From positions 32,001 to 96,000 of IMG/VR virus record IMGVR_UViG_3300018089_000001: a stretch of DNA of 64,000 nt; one strand, given 5' to 3'. Source of the DNA: a virus. Its lineage: Duplodnaviria; Caudoviricetes. Under the pieces are notes generated by a model that had not been told where the DNA came from, ran no database searches, and was given only the letters and a program-made list of their open reading frames with translations. This document shows, in pieces, positions 45,251 through 55,539 of the stretch (position 1 is the stretch's first letter; every line of letters starts with the position of its first letter). The translations under genes were made by a program, and so were the position numbers.

Positions 45251-45742
45251 TCAGAAGAGGTGGATCGCCGCGTCGAACCGGACGACGATGCTGATCTCGG
45301 CGTTGTCGCTGGAGGCGTAGTCGAGCTCGCCGCCGTTGAAGTCCTGGATCCAGGCCCCGGTGATGTCCCACTGCTCGATGACGGCGCCCTGGGGGTCAAG
45401 CATCTTCAGCGAGAAGTTCTTCTTGTACATGGACGCGTAGCCCATGCGGCCCGTGATGACCTCGTAGGCCAGTCGGACCCAGTCCATGACCTTCTGGGCC
45501 GCGGACGGCGCGATCGGGTCCTGGAGGGTGATGTTGAGGGGCGAGTAGGCCTGCTTACCGGCGACGTACCGCTTCGTGTTGATGAAGTCGATCACCGTCT
45601 CCTCGAAGGTGAGCTGCGGGCGGGCGCCGGTCTTCAGCGTGAAGGCGTCGATGCCGTCGATCTCCATCGTCCAGCGGAACTTCCGCTTGGGCTCGAAGGT
45701 GTTCGCCAGCATGAGGTTGGTCTCGAGGATCTCTGCGGCCAT
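45251..45742 (-). CDS. Tail tube protein (gp19-like)
   Basis: FEPKRKFRW, DPIAPSAAQKVMDW, YKK...LKMLDP.G. Confidence 0.88.
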   Translation of the reverse strand: MAAEILETNLMLANTFEPKRKFRWTMEIDGIDAFTLKTGARPQLTFEETVIDFINTKRYVAGKQAYSPLNITLQDPIAPSAAQKVMDWVRLAYEVITGRMGYASMYKKNFSLKMLDPQGAVIEQWDITGAWIQDFNGGELDYASSDNAEISIVVRFDAAIHLF

Positions 45743-45833
45743 CTGGGTCTCCTTGGGTCGCCGGGTCGACCGGCGGCATTCCCGGAGTACCTATCGGCGG
45801 TCCGCGGTTCCCGTCCCAACCCGACGGTTCCGT

Positions 45834-46622
45834 TCAGACGAACTCGTCGATCACGATCGCCCCGGCCGAGCCGGAGGCCCCGGCGACGGAGAGGAAATCG
45901 ATCGCCCCCCCGCTACCGCCGGAACCGAACCCGAAGCCCGGGACGCCGAACGCCTGGCCGGTACTGACCGCATAGCCGCCGGTGCCGAAGGGCGGGACCC
46001 CTCCCCCGCTACCGCCGAACTGCAGGCCCAGGCTCTCTGCCTCGACCGTGGTCCCCCCCGTGATGCCAGGCATGCCGGGGCAATAACACGCGAAATCGAT
46101 TCCCGATGAGGTCGATCCCGTGGCCGGGGCGAACGGAGCGCCGTTCAGATCGCTCGCCGCCCCGCCCCCAGTGCCGCCCCTGGCGGTGTAGGTCGTGCCG
46201 TTGATCACAAGCGTCGTGTCCCCGCCCGTCCCCCCGGCCCCCGGAGCAGAGGAGCCTCCCAGGCCTCCCGCGCCGCAGCTGTATGGCCCCCCCGTGAGGC
46301 TCCCGCTGACGCGAAACTCGATGTACCAGCCCGAGTTCCCGCCGGCGCCGGAGGCATTCGGGTGCCCGCTTACGGATGCGGCGCCGCCCCCGCCGCCCCC
46401 TCCGCCGATCATGCGAACGAGGACCCGCCGGGTCCCGTTCGTCGGGGAGTATGTCCCCGCCCCCACCAGGACCTGGCGGTTAACCCAGAGGCGTCCGAAC
46501 CCGACGAGGGAACTCAGGGCGTTGACCGTTGCGAGCAAGGACCCGACGCCCGTCTCCAGGGCCCGTATCCTGGCCTCCAGGGCGTCGAGGCCCCTCTGGA
46601 TGACAGGCTTCATGTCGTCCAC
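45834..46622 (-). CDS. Glycine-rich tail-fibre-like protein
   Basis: GTYSPT.GT..V.V.M.GGGGGGG ... G..G.IVIDE. Confidence 0.65.
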   Translation of the reverse strand: MDDMKPVIQRGLDALEARIRALETGVGSLLATVNALSSLVGFGRLWVNRQVLVGAGTYSPTNGTRRVLVRMIGGGGGGGGAASVSGHPNASGAGGNSGWYIEFRVSGSLTGGPYSCGAGGLGGSSAPGAGGTGGDTTLVINGTTYTARGGTGGGAASDLNGAPFAPATGSTSSGIDFACYCPGMPGITGGTTVEAESLGLQFGGSGGGVPPFGTGGYAVSTGQAFGVPGFGFGSGGSGGAIDFLSVAGASGSAGAIVIDEFV

Positions 46623-46648
46623 GGCCCCCGCGTGGGGGCCCGCTCAGA

Positions 46649-47065
46649 TCACCGCCGGGCCCGACGGCGCTCGCCCAGCGCGGTCCCCGGCCTCATCCCG
46701 GATCGGTCGCCCCCGGAGTGCCGGTAGTCCATCGCCTCGTCGGGCTCGTCGTCGTCCGAGTCGTCGTCCGAGTCGTCGTCCGGCTCGTCCAGGTCGAGGT
46801 CGGGGACCGGGCCGTCGTCGCCCCCGTCGCCCATGAGGGAGGCCAGCGGGTCCGCGTCGTCCGCGTCGCCGTCGGGGGTCCCGCCCATGTCGTCCTCGTC
46901 GGGCTCCATGTGCTCCCCCTCGCCGCCGCCGTCCATCTCCAGGGCCCCCATCAGGACCCCGACCAGCTCCTGGGCGATCTCGCGCGGCAGCGTGAAGGTG
47001 ACCGTCGGCCCCTCCATCGACTCCTCGGTCAGCGTCTCCCAGATGCTCCTCGCTCGTCTGCTCAT
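46649..47065 (-). CDS. Acidic hypothetical protein
   Basis: ATG at 47065 with GGAG. Confidence 0.55.
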   Translation of the reverse strand: MSRRARSIWETLTEESMEGPTVTFTLPREIAQELVGVLMGALEMDGGGEGEHMEPDEDDMGGTPDGDADDADPLASLMGDGGDDGPVPDLDLDEPDDDSDDDSDDDEPDEAMDYRHSGGDRSGMRPGTALGERRRARR

Positions 47066-47066
47066 C

Positions 47067-47351
47067 TCACATCTCCTCGTCGTCCGGTCCCGGACCCGCG
47101 TCGTCATCGAAGCTGTCGAGGCTCGGCGCCGCCTCGTACGCGGGCAGCGTGACGCTGCCGCTGCCCGACCTGATGGCCTGGCTGAGGGCGATCGTGGCCC
47201 GGTTGATCCACTCGGCGTACTCGTCGGCGGCCTCGCCGGTCGCCTCGTCGATGATCTCGGCGAGGACCCGGAGGGTCCCGACGTCTCCGGAGATGCGGAG
47301 CCCGGAGCGCTGCTCCGGGGCCTCACGCAGGATGTCACGGAGTCTCGTCAT
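47067..47351 (-). CDS. Hypothetical protein
   Basis: ORF track. Confidence 0.55.
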   Translation of the reverse strand: MTRLRDILREAPEQRSGLRISGDVGTLRVLAEIIDEATGEAADEYAEWINRATIALSQAIRSGSGSVTLPAYEAAPSLDSFDDDAGPGPDDEEM

Positions 47352-48025
47352 CGCGTCACGTCCCTCCCCCTGATGAGCCTGCTGAGTGTCCCCTGCTTGC
47401 CGGCGCGGCGGCGGGCCTCCCTGTCGGCGGCCTTCAGGGCCTTATCGAGCTGCCTCCTGCCGTCCGGCGGCCTCCGCCTGAAGAGGCGGGAGATGCTCCC
47501 GGGGCGCCTCGGCTCGGTACCGCGGAGCGTGCGCATCCCGCGGCCCCCGCCCGGCTCGGGGACCTCGATGCCGCGGTCGTCGTCGCCCCCCAGGATCCCC
47601 TGGGAGTAGACCCGGTCGTCCGCGGGGTACCCCACGTGGGTCGCGGCAGGACGCGGGGCCGGGAAGTCCGGGAAGTCCGACGGACCCACGCCGGGATCCG
47701 TGGGCTCGTCCTCGAAGTCATCCGGCCCCGCCGCGGCCTGCTGCACGAACCGATTCGTGGAGGGAAGCTCGCGTCCCTTCCGGGCGCTCCGGGACCCCGT
47801 GGGGGCCGCCGGCGGAGGGGAACCGGACGGCGCGACGGGTCGGTCGGACGCCCGGCGGTTCCGCGTCGGGGCCTTGATCCAGTCCCTGGCGTTGGCCGGC
47901 AGCACCCGGCGCCGCGCGGCGCCGCGCAGGACCATCCCGAGCGGCTCCACCCACTCGTCGGGGACCTCGAACGTGGCCTCGGCGAGGAACGCCTCGGTCA
48001 GGAGCCTGCGCGAGTCAGCGGCCAT
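47348..48025 (-). CDS. Hypothetical protein
   Basis: ORF track. Confidence 0.55.
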   Translation of the reverse strand: MAADSRRLLTEAFLAEATFEVPDEWVEPLGMVLRGAARRRVLPANARDWIKAPTRNRRASDRPVAPSGSPPPAAPTGSRSARKGRELPSTNRFVQQAAAGPDDFEDEPTDPGVGPSDFPDFPAPRPAATHVGYPADDRVYSQGILGGDDDRGIEVPEPGGGRGMRTLRGTEPRRPGSISRLFRRRPPDGRRQLDKALKAADREARRRAGKQGTLSRLIRGRDVTR

Positions 48026-48027
48026 GC

Positions 48028-50382
48028 TCAGCTGCCGAAGGCCACCCCGGCCGCCGAGATGATGAAGTCGACGGTGATGTACTCCGCCGCCTTCACGGGC
48101 TCGAGGAAGATCTTGCCCCTCATCTCGTTCCGGTCGATCACGTCGCTCGTGTTCGTGGTGGAGTCCATCACGACCTTGAAGCGGTTGATGCCGCGGTCAC
48201 GCCGGTACCCCTCGAGGATCGGGTTGACCGCGTTGACGAAGCGGGTCCAGTTGGGCGGCGAGTTGGGCTCGAAGACCAGCTGACGGGCCTCGGCGGCGAC
48301 CGCCCGCTTGGCCAGGATGAGGAGGCGACGCACGTTGATCCGATCGAGGGCCGAGGGCCGGAGCTGCAGGGTCTTCTGCCCGAAGACCACGATGCCCTCG
48401 TTGGGGAACCGGGTGATCGGGTTGATGCGGGCGTCGTACAGCGCGTCCCGGTCACCGTGGTCCAGGCGGTCCACGATGTCCGTGACGTTGAACTGGGCGA
48501 GGCCCCCGCGGTTGAGGCCGGCGGGGGCGAAGAACGCCTGGGCGACGCGGTCCGTCAGGGCGAGCGCCCCGAGCACGCCGACCGAGGGCGGGACCCGGAC
48601 CACCTTCCCGGAGGGGAGGGGCTCGGTGTACCAGAGGTCGGGGTAGTAGGCCGCCGTGTAGTTGTCGTCGATCTCCCGGGCCGCCAGGTTCGCGATGACC
48701 TCCTGTCGGGTCGAGCCGGTCAGGTCCATCACGTAGAACATGTCGCGGCGGGCGTTGACCAGGCTCCGGGCATAGTCCGTGACGGCCAGGTTGTGCTGGC
48801 CCGGCAGGGCGATGACGTCCGATCCGATCATGTCCGGGTTGGCCACCGTGTCGAGGGCCCTCTTGAGGGCCACCACGCCGATGACTCCGTCCGTGTCTGA
48901 GTTGTTCAGGTACAGCGGGTCGGTGACCCGGAGGTCGAACCCGTCGAAGCCCCCGTAGAAGGGCATGGCGAAGCTCTGGAGTGAGCCCGAGGCGAGGATG
49001 GGCGCGTACCGGTTCCAGCCGGCCTGGTAGGCGTACCGGAGGTTGCCGTTGATGTACGAGCTCGTCAGGTTGGCGAGCGTGAAGTCGGGGTCGGAGGCCG
49101 TCAGGAACGAGGTGAGGACCCCGTCGGCCTCGGCCGTCATGCGGAAGCCGACGCCGCCGGAGACGAAGGAGACGCCCCAGACGATGCCCGGGTTGAAGTT
49201 CCCGTTCGCGTCGAACTGGTTCGGCGTGTAGGGGAGGGACGGGACGTTGGCGATGCCCAGCCCGAGCCCGTTGCCGATATTGGAGCCCGAGTAGAGGGCC
49301 TTCGGGTAGCCCCGGAAGCCGAACGGGATCGCCTGCGGCGGGAAGTTCGCGTTGGAGTTGAGCTCGACCCTGATCAGGGAGCTCCTGTTGTCGAACCGGC
49401 CCTGGGTCCTGATGAACTTGCGGGTGGCGGTGTCGAAGGACTCGTGGGCGTCCCCGATCCGCTTCAGGATGTAGTTCGGGGAGCCCGGGTCGAGTGAGAG
49501 GTTCGCGAAGCGCTCGAGCTCGACCGGCCGGAGGTCGGTGTCGCCGAAGCCGCGGACGATGACGTCGAAGCTGCCGAACGGCTGGCTGGAGGGCGCGGAA
49601 CTGGGCCGCACGTTGGCGACCACCACCTTGAACTGGCGGTTCGTGGCGCGACCGGAGCCGAGCGTCCAGAAGCGGAAGAGGTCGTACTCCGATCCGCCGA
49701 TCGGCTGCGACTTGACCCACGTCGTCTGCCCGTCGGAGTAGTCGCGGGTGAACGTGGTGAAGGACGAGCTGATCCCCTGGACCGGGTACCAGGAGGCGCT
49801 GGCCGCCTGCTTCTGGTACGGGAAGAGCTGGTAGACGTAGTGCCCGTACGTCGAGTGCTTCGTCGGGTCCGTGTTCAGGGACTTCCCGACGTAGTCGTCG
49901 GACGACGTCAGGAAGCTCGCGGTGACCGCGAAGGTCGTGCCGACCCGGAAGACGAAGCGGTTGGCGTCGCCGGCGACGCCTGACACCGTGACCGCGGCGA
50001 ACGAGGCGGTCGTGTGGATGACCGCCAGGATCGACCCGGTGGTCCCGATCGTCCCGGACGTGTCCGTGATCCCGATCGAGTTGATCCCCGTGAAGCCGTT
50101 CGTGGTCGTGGTCCCGTCGGCGTGGCCGAGGACCCGGACGACGGTGAGTGAGGTGGAGTTCGCCAGGTACGCCTTGGCGGCGTAGGGGACGAAGAGCCCC
50201 TCCTGCGTGCCACCGAAGACGTTCGTGAACTGTGTGAAGTCCTGCACGGTGGTCGGCACGAAGGCCGGTCCCTGCAGCGTCCTGCCGATCAGGACCGCCC
50301 CGGGGAGGGCCACGGCCTGCTGGAGGAACGACTGGTCGATCTCGTTGGTCTCGACCCCGGGGGACTTGAAGGTCTGCGGCAT
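48028..50382 (-). CDS. Contractile tail sheath protein (gp18-like)
   Basis: SPGV...EID, FFAPAGLNRG, INPI, FGQKTL, LDRINVRRLL, FEPN. Confidence 0.95.
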   Translation of the reverse strand: MPQTFKSPGVETNEIDQSFLQQAVALPGAVLIGRTLQGPAFVPTTVQDFTQFTNVFGGTQEGLFVPYAAKAYLANSTSLTVVRVLGHADGTTTTNGFTGINSIGITDTSGTIGTTGSILAVIHTTASFAAVTVSGVAGDANRFVFRVGTTFAVTASFLTSSDDYVGKSLNTDPTKHSTYGHYVYQLFPYQKQAASASWYPVQGISSSFTTFTRDYSDGQTTWVKSQPIGGSEYDLFRFWTLGSGRATNRQFKVVVANVRPSSAPSSQPFGSFDVIVRGFGDTDLRPVELERFANLSLDPGSPNYILKRIGDAHESFDTATRKFIRTQGRFDNRSSLIRVELNSNANFPPQAIPFGFRGYPKALYSGSNIGNGLGLGIANVPSLPYTPNQFDANGNFNPGIVWGVSFVSGGVGFRMTAEADGVLTSFLTASDPDFTLANLTSSYINGNLRYAYQAGWNRYAPILASGSLQSFAMPFYGGFDGFDLRVTDPLYLNNSDTDGVIGVVALKRALDTVANPDMIGSDVIALPGQHNLAVTDYARSLVNARRDMFYVMDLTGSTRQEVIANLAAREIDDNYTAAYYPDLWYTEPLPSGKVVRVPPSVGVLGALALTDRVAQAFFAPAGLNRGGLAQFNVTDIVDRLDHGDRDALYDARINPITRFPNEGIVVFGQKTLQLRPSALDRINVRRLLILAKRAVAAEARQLVFEPNSPPNWTRFVNAVNPILEGYRRDRGINRFKVVMDSTTNTSDVIDRNEMRGKIFLEPVKAAEYITVDFIISAAGVAFGS

Positions 50383-50466
50383 CTAGTGGGTTTCCTCGCC
50401 GAAGCGGTCACGGGGGTGCGACCCCGGCGCTAAATAGCGGCCCAGGTCGGGCAAGGCCGCCGGGCA

Positions 50467-51381
50467 TCACTTCGGGGTCCCGAAGATGCGGTCGAGGTCC
50501 GCCGGGTCGTCCACGAAGTGGACCTCCTCGTCGTTTAGCTCGACCGTGAAGGCCGTCCGCTCGACCTGGACGGCCGGCCGCTCGCCCTCCGGATCGAGCA
50601 GCAGGGCGGCGGGGACGCTGAAGTTGAACCTCAGCTGCAGGATCCGCTCCTGATCGGTGAACTCATCGATGTTCCCGGAGTCGCCGATGTCCCCCTCGAT
50701 GTAGCCGACCACGTAGTACTGGGAGAGCGGCCGCCGGTCCTCGTACGGGGAGTGGAACTCCGGCTCGAGCTCCGTGGATCCTCGGCCGCGCGTTATCCCG
50801 GACTCGCGGTCGTCACCGGTGAGGCTGATGACGAAGGAGGGGACGTCGAAGAACTCGAGCTTCGAGAGGACCTTCTCGATCACCTCGTTCATGTGGGTCT
50901 GGTACTGGCACTGGGCCGTTACCTGGTAGCGGAGCAGGTTGGTCGTCGGGAACGGCACCGTGTACACGTCGTAGACGGCCCCCTCCCTCAGGCGACGGGA
51001 GGAGAGGGGGCGGGCCGCGTCGAGGTTCGCGAGGGCCGTCGTCTTCTCCGAGACGAGGCGGGCCACCTGCAGCCGGGGCACGTTGGCCCCGAGCGCGGTC
51101 ATCCCGCTCGTCGCGTCGATCCCGGTCCGCCGGACCTGGATGACGGGGAGGATGAGGCGGCCGTCGCGGTCCCGGATCCCCTGCCTGTCCGCCGCGGCGA
51201 CCCAGCGCTCGCCGGCGGAGAACTTGACAGTGACCTTGCGCCGGTCGCCCTGGGGGGTCGTCACATGGACGTCCGCGGTGCGATCGAACCAGTGCACCAC
51301 CCCGCGGTCGACGTCCTCGATGCGGACGACCCGATGGGTGATCGGGAGCGTACGCGGGCCTAGTCCCGGGTCATTCGCCAT
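50467..51381 (-). CDS. Tail completion/terminator-like protein (gp15-like)
   Basis: Position; GERW, LILP.I.V.R, MNE.IE. Confidence 0.55.
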   Translation of the reverse strand: MANDPGLGPRTLPITHRVVRIEDVDRGVVHWFDRTADVHVTTPQGDRRKVTVKFSAGERWVAAADRQGIRDRDGRLILPVIQVRRTGIDATSGMTALGANVPRLQVARLVSEKTTALANLDAARPLSSRRLREGAVYDVYTVPFPTTNLLRYQVTAQCQYQTHMNEVIEKVLSKLEFFDVPSFVISLTGDDRESGITRGRGSTELEPEFHSPYEDRRPLSQYYVVGYIEGDIGDSGNIDEFTDQERILQLRFNFSVPAALLLDPEGERPAVQVERTAFTVELNDEEVHFVDDPADLDRIFGTPK

Positions 51382-51390
51382 GGAATGGAA

Positions 51391-51918
51391 TTAGGGGATG
51401 TCGTCGGCGAGCGTGCGCGGGGGCCGGGGCTCGATCGGATGGGTGTTGTCGACCCCGTCGGAGCGGACGCTGTCGACCTTGAACTGGCCCTCGCGCGACG
51501 GGACGCAGGTCAGCTCGTACTTGAGCTTGTCGTTGACCTGTCCGAAGACCGGCTGGGCGTGCCGCACGCTGGTGACCTCGAAGACCACCTGCCCGTACTC
51601 GACGAAGTCGCCCTCCCGTGGGTTCAGGTTCCGCTGCCGGCACTCCTCGGAGTGCAGGATGACCCGCGCCGTGAAGGTCGAGTCGATGGTGCCGCCCTTG
51701 GCGACCGCCGGTCCCTGATCGAACTCGACGCGGGCGTTGATCCTGACGGGCTGGAGGTACTCCTTCGTGACGGCCTCGTCGTAGACGTCGTGCACCCTCG
51801 ACTCCTCGTAGGAGATGCCGTAGTAGATCACCTCCTGCTGGACGGTCCCCTGGATCAGCTCGCGGTTCCACGAGTCGATCAGGCGTAGCTCCCGGGTCGT
51901 GATGAACTTACGGGCCAC
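51391..51918 (-). CDS. Neck/head-closure protein (gp14-like)
   Basis: VYDEA..K.Y, P.EGDFV.Y....FEV. Confidence 0.65.
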   Translation of the reverse strand: MARKFITTRELRLIDSWNRELIQGTVQQEVIYYGISYEESRVHDVYDEAVTKEYLQPVRINARVEFDQGPAVAKGGTIDSTFTARVILHSEECRQRNLNPREGDFVEYGQVVFEVTSVRHAQPVFGQVNDKLKYELTCVPSREGQFKVDSVRSDGVDNTHPIEPRPPRTLADDIP

Positions 51919-52728
51919 TCACTTCCCCCTCTTGGGTGGGAAGAGGGGCTGCTCCTCGCCCTCCTCCCCCCTACGCTTGCGGACGCCGGGGACGTACTCG
52001 CGATCATGCTTCGCGAGCTTCGCCGAGAAGCCCGTGTTCCTTCCGCCGCCGGCCCCGGTCGGCCGCTCCGGCTCGTCCTCACTGGCCCGGCGGACGTTCT
52101 GGCCGACGCGCGGGACCGGTTGGGCAGGAGGCAGCGGGGTCTCTGGCTCCTGTGGCTCGGGCTTCTCGGGCTGCGGCCGGTGTCGGAGTGCGAGCGGGTC
52201 CCGGCCGGCCATCAGGTCCTCGAGCCTGGCCGCGCGCTCCTCGAACCGACCCTGGCTGGGGGCCCAGGCGATGCGAGTCATGACGTCGCCCTCGGCCCGC
52301 ATGAGCACGTCGTAGGTGTCCATCGCGGAGGGACGCATCTCGTGGGACTGGTCCCTCCGTCCGGGCTGGTAGACAACCCGGCCGCCGTAGCTCCGCTTCA
52401 TCACGGTGCCGCCGCGGGGGGTCCCGGGGTACTGCGAGACCCGGGCGGTGTCCGTCGCCGCCTTGGCCAGGGCGGAATTGGGGTTCGACTGCCAGCCACC
52501 CCAGCCCTTCCGGTCGAAGTCGTACGCGCAGTCGATCGCCCCGCCGGCCGGCTTGAGTTGCATGAGGGCCTTCCGGCGCCTCTCGCCCTTCTCCATGGAG
52601 TGGTCGGGGTCGATGATGTTGCTGAAGAGCGAGATCAGGTTCTCGAAGGTCCAGCCGCTGACCCCGCGGTACTCGGCGGCCTCGATCAGCAGCAGGGCCT
52701 CGCGGAGGGCGCCCCATGTGTTCGTCAT
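51919..52728 (-). CDS. Hypothetical protein
   Basis: ORF track. Confidence 0.55.
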   Translation of the reverse strand: MTNTWGALREALLLIEAAEYRGVSGWTFENLISLFSNIIDPDHSMEKGERRRKALMQLKPAGGAIDCAYDFDRKGWGGWQSNPNSALAKAATDTARVSQYPGTPRGGTVMKRSYGGRVVYQPGRRDQSHEMRPSAMDTYDVLMRAEGDVMTRIAWAPSQGRFEERAARLEDLMAGRDPLALRHRPQPEKPEPQEPETPLPPAQPVPRVGQNVRRASEDEPERPTGAGGGRNTGFSAKLAKHDREYVPGVRKRRGEEGEEQPLFPPKRGK

Positions 52729-52782
52729 GGCTTCGGTTCTCTCCAGAGTTTGTCCGGGGGCCTCCCCCTATAGATCCTGTGA

Positions 52783-53091
52783 TCAGGACGGCCCATAGTC
52801 GTCCTCCCCCGCGGGGGACTCGCGGTCGAATGAGGGGGTAAACTGACACTGGGTGGGGATCACGCCGGAGTCATCGAGGACCTCCCTGATCGCCCCCATG
52901 AGCCCAGTCAGGGCGACGCCGTCCCGACTGGGAAACGCCTTCACACCGTGTCTGGCGGCGTTAGCCGCCAGGTCCTGGGGTTTACAGAAGGCCATGGCCT
53001 CGTTGGGGACGAAGCACCGCTCCGCGGTGGACTCCCTGCCGCCGCCCGGGGTGTCCAGGAAAGCCTCCATGAGGAATCTCTTGTGGTTCAT
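52783..53091 (-). CDS. Hypothetical protein
   Basis: ORF track. Confidence 0.5.
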   Translation of the reverse strand: MNHKRFLMEAFLDTPGGGRESTAERCFVPNEAMAFCKPQDLAANAARHGVKAFPSRDGVALTGLMGAIREVLDDSGVIPTQCQFTPSFDRESPAGEDDYGPS

Positions 53092-53098
53092 GTCAGTC

Positions 53099-54271
53099 TC
53101 ATCCCGTGTACACCTTTAGTGGTATGCCGCTGAGGACCCGCAGCAGGGACTCGGCCTGCTGGGCCTCCTTCTCGGCGAGCTTCTCGTAGGTCATCGACTC
53201 CAGGAGGTCCCGGAGCTCTCCCCGGAGGGCGTCCATCTCCGTCCGGGCGTCGCCGACGAGGTCGGCGCCGTCCAGCTGGAGGGTCTCCCCGCCGGCGACC
53301 GGCACGCCGAGCATCTTTCGCCTGATCAGACCCAAGACCTCCTTCGAGAGGGCGAGGGTCATCTTCCAGATCCACTGGCGGCCGATCGAGTTGATCTTGG
53401 AGTACTGGATGTTCCCGAAGGGGATGTCGGAGACGTTCGACACGCCGAAGGACATGGAGTCGCTCGGGTCTAGCGGAAACAGCGACGGGTCGAGCAGGTT
53501 GTACGTGAAGAAGAGGTTCAGGTCCTGCGTGGGGACGGGGAGGATCCTGAGCTGGTTGTTCGCCCCGTGCAGCTCGTAGCTGTAGTTCGAGCGCCTCACC
53601 TTGTTGGAGAGCTCGAACTGGGAGCCGCGGAGCACGTCCTCCCAGACCGGGAGGAGGTAGAAGACGCTCTCGGGCGTGAAGCTCTGGAAGTTGAACTGTC
53701 CGTTCAGGTAGTTGATCGCGGCGGTCGTGCCGAAGAACCTGAAGCTGGCGAAGGGGGAGAAGTGGAAGACCTGCCGGAGGATCATGTGGGCGGGCAGCCC
53801 GTCGCTCCCGGTGGGCCCGACGAGGGCCTGGAGGTCGTAGTCCTGGACGCCCGCCTTCATGAGGATGGACCCGCTGTAGAGGGTCCGGTCGCCGCCGACG
53901 TAGGCCTCCTCGCCGAACGGCTGGGCCTGCCGGCGGGCCCACTCGAGCGAGCCCCGCGGGTAGCGGTTCTGCCCCCCCGAGAGGGTCCCGGTCGCTGAGC
54001 CGAGGAACGAGGCCATCGAGGACTTCGCCTGATAGGCGTTGACGATGGCCCCGTACTCCACGGCGGCCTCCTCGAAGCACGTGTAGACGTCGGTGGCCGA
54101 GAGCTCGACCTGGACGTGACGCTCGTCCTCCTCGGACTCGGTGGGGAGCGGACGGGCGAACCCGCCGCCGAGCTTGACGGAGACGTACCTGACGAGACGG
54201 TCGGCGTCGGCCTGGAAGCTCGGGTCGGAGTCGAAGACCCCGAACGCGGTTGAGCCCGTGGTGAACGGCAT
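53099..54271 (-). CDS. Neck/head-tail adaptor protein (gp13-like)
   Basis: KLG...VQVEL, WI..MTLALSKE.LG.IR.K, L.LDG..L. Confidence 0.75.
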   Translation of the reverse strand: MPFTTGSTAFGVFDSDPSFQADADRLVRYVSVKLGGGFARPLPTESEEDERHVQVELSATDVYTCFEEAAVEYGAIVNAYQAKSSMASFLGSATGTLSGGQNRYPRGSLEWARRQAQPFGEEAYVGGDRTLYSGSILMKAGVQDYDLQALVGPTGSDGLPAHMILRQVFHFSPFASFRFFGTTAAINYLNGQFNFQSFTPESVFYLLPVWEDVLRGSQFELSNKVRRSNYSYELHGANNQLRILPVPTQDLNLFFTYNLLDPSLFPLDPSDSMSFGVSNVSDIPFGNIQYSKINSIGRQWIWKMTLALSKEVLGLIRRKMLGVPVAGGETLQLDGADLVGDARTEMDALRGELRDLLESMTYEKLAEKEAQQAESLLRVLSGIPLKVYTG

Positions 54272-54756
54272 CAGACCCTCTCCTTCTCACGCTGCGAGTC
54301 GTGGAGCCAGTCCCAGGGGCCCCGGAGCGTGGGGGCGTGTCCCACGAACGCCCTGACGGGCATCCCGATCGCCGCGTACGCGAGTGACCTGTGGTGGCCG
54401 TCGACAACCATGAGCGTCTTCTTCCCGGGGCGGGCCATCAGGATCACCGGCTTCTTCCAGCCCCCCTCGATGCGCTTGGCGAACCGCTTCACCTTCTTCC
54501 GTTCCTTCCAGGCCCGCCACTCGCGGTGGTTCGAGTAGTCGATCTCGTCGAGCGGGACGTCCACGGGCCCCTCCCAGTCGACCCCGCTGATCCAGTCGAG
54601 GGCCTCCGGCGGGTAGTCGAACTCCAGTTGGGCGATGACCTCGCGGGTCGGTGACTCGGCCGACGGGACGTCCTCCTCGCTCACGGGTCCCTCCTCGAGG
54701 ACGTCCCGGGCGATGCGGACCCACGCGGGGGTCATGAGGGGGCCGATGGGTCCCAA
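54271..54756 (-). CDS. ParB/Srx N-terminal-domain protein
   Basis: PVIL......VVDGHHR..A. Confidence 0.7.
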   Translation of the reverse strand: MGPIGPLMTPAWVRIARDVLEEGPVSEEDVPSAESPTREVIAQLEFDYPPEALDWISGVDWEGPVDVPLDEIDYSNHREWRAWKERKKVKRFAKRIEGGWKKPVILMARPGKKTLMVVDGHHRSLAYAAIGMPVRAFVGHAPTLRGPWDWLHDSQREKERV

Positions 54757-54762
54757 GCGTCC

Positions 54763-55224
54763 TCAGGGCTGGTCAGAGTACTCGGTCATCACGACGGTGG
54801 AGCCCGAGAGGGTCCCGCTGCCGAACCACGCCACGTTGATCGGTCCGGTGTAGGTGGGCAGCCGACCCTCGAAGTCCAGGGAGGGCGTGGTCCCCTGGTT
54901 GCCCTTCAGGGTGACGGTCCCCTGGATGAGGTTGTCCCAGTGGGACGCGACTGTCGGCGGGTTAGTCCGCGGGTCGAACGTGTTGCCGTGGGCCAGACCG
55001 AGGTCCAGTGAACCTGAGTTCAGGAGGGTGTACCTGACCCGATTGAGGTTCCTGGGTGCCAGCTGGACGGACCCCGTCATGGTGCCGCCGGGGTGATAGA
55101 AGATGTACACGCTCGCCGAGGAGACCTGCTGGATGACGCGCAGGTACACCGTGGCCGGCTGGTTCGCGATGTTCGCGGAGCCGGAGATCGGATACTGGGT
55201 TACGGCGTCGCCGAGGTGGGGCAT
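54763..55224 (-). CDS. Putative virion structural protein
   Basis: Beta-rich; in the head module. Confidence 0.5.
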   Translation of the reverse strand: MPHLGDAVTQYPISGSANIANQPATVYLRVIQQVSSASVYIFYHPGGTMTGSVQLAPRNLNRVRYTLLNSGSLDLGLAHGNTFDPRTNPPTVASHWDNLIQGTVTLKGNQGTTPSLDFEGRLPTYTGPINVAWFGSGTLSGSTVVMTEYSDQP

Positions 55225-55227
55225 CGC

Positions 55228-55539
55228 TCAGTCCACGTCGTAGAGGAAGCTGCCGGAGAGCGTGACCTCCTGGCCGGCGCTCGGGCCGGAGCCCGAGAAC
55301 GCGACGTGGAGGAGGCCGGGGGTCGGCAGGGAGGCGGTCAGCAGGGTGAAGCCCTGGACGAACGCCCCGGTGACGACGTCGGGGAAGGTCAGCTTGGGGA
55401 AGCTGAAGGCCGGGGGCGTGTTCGCCGGAACGGGACCGGCGAGCCGCCAGGAGACGGGGACCTGGGTGAGGTCGATGTCGACCGACCCGGCGCCGTCGGA
55501 GATCAGCTCGATCATGAAGCCGAGGGGGACCCTGTACAT
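55228..55539 (-). CDS. Putative virion structural protein
   Basis: Preceded by ATAGGTA motif. Confidence 0.5.
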   Translation of the reverse strand: MYRVPLGFMIELISDGAGSVDIDLTQVPVSWRLAGPVPANTPPAFSFPKLTFPDVVTGAFVQGFTLLTASLPTPGLLHVAFSGSGPSAGQEVTLSGSFLYDVD

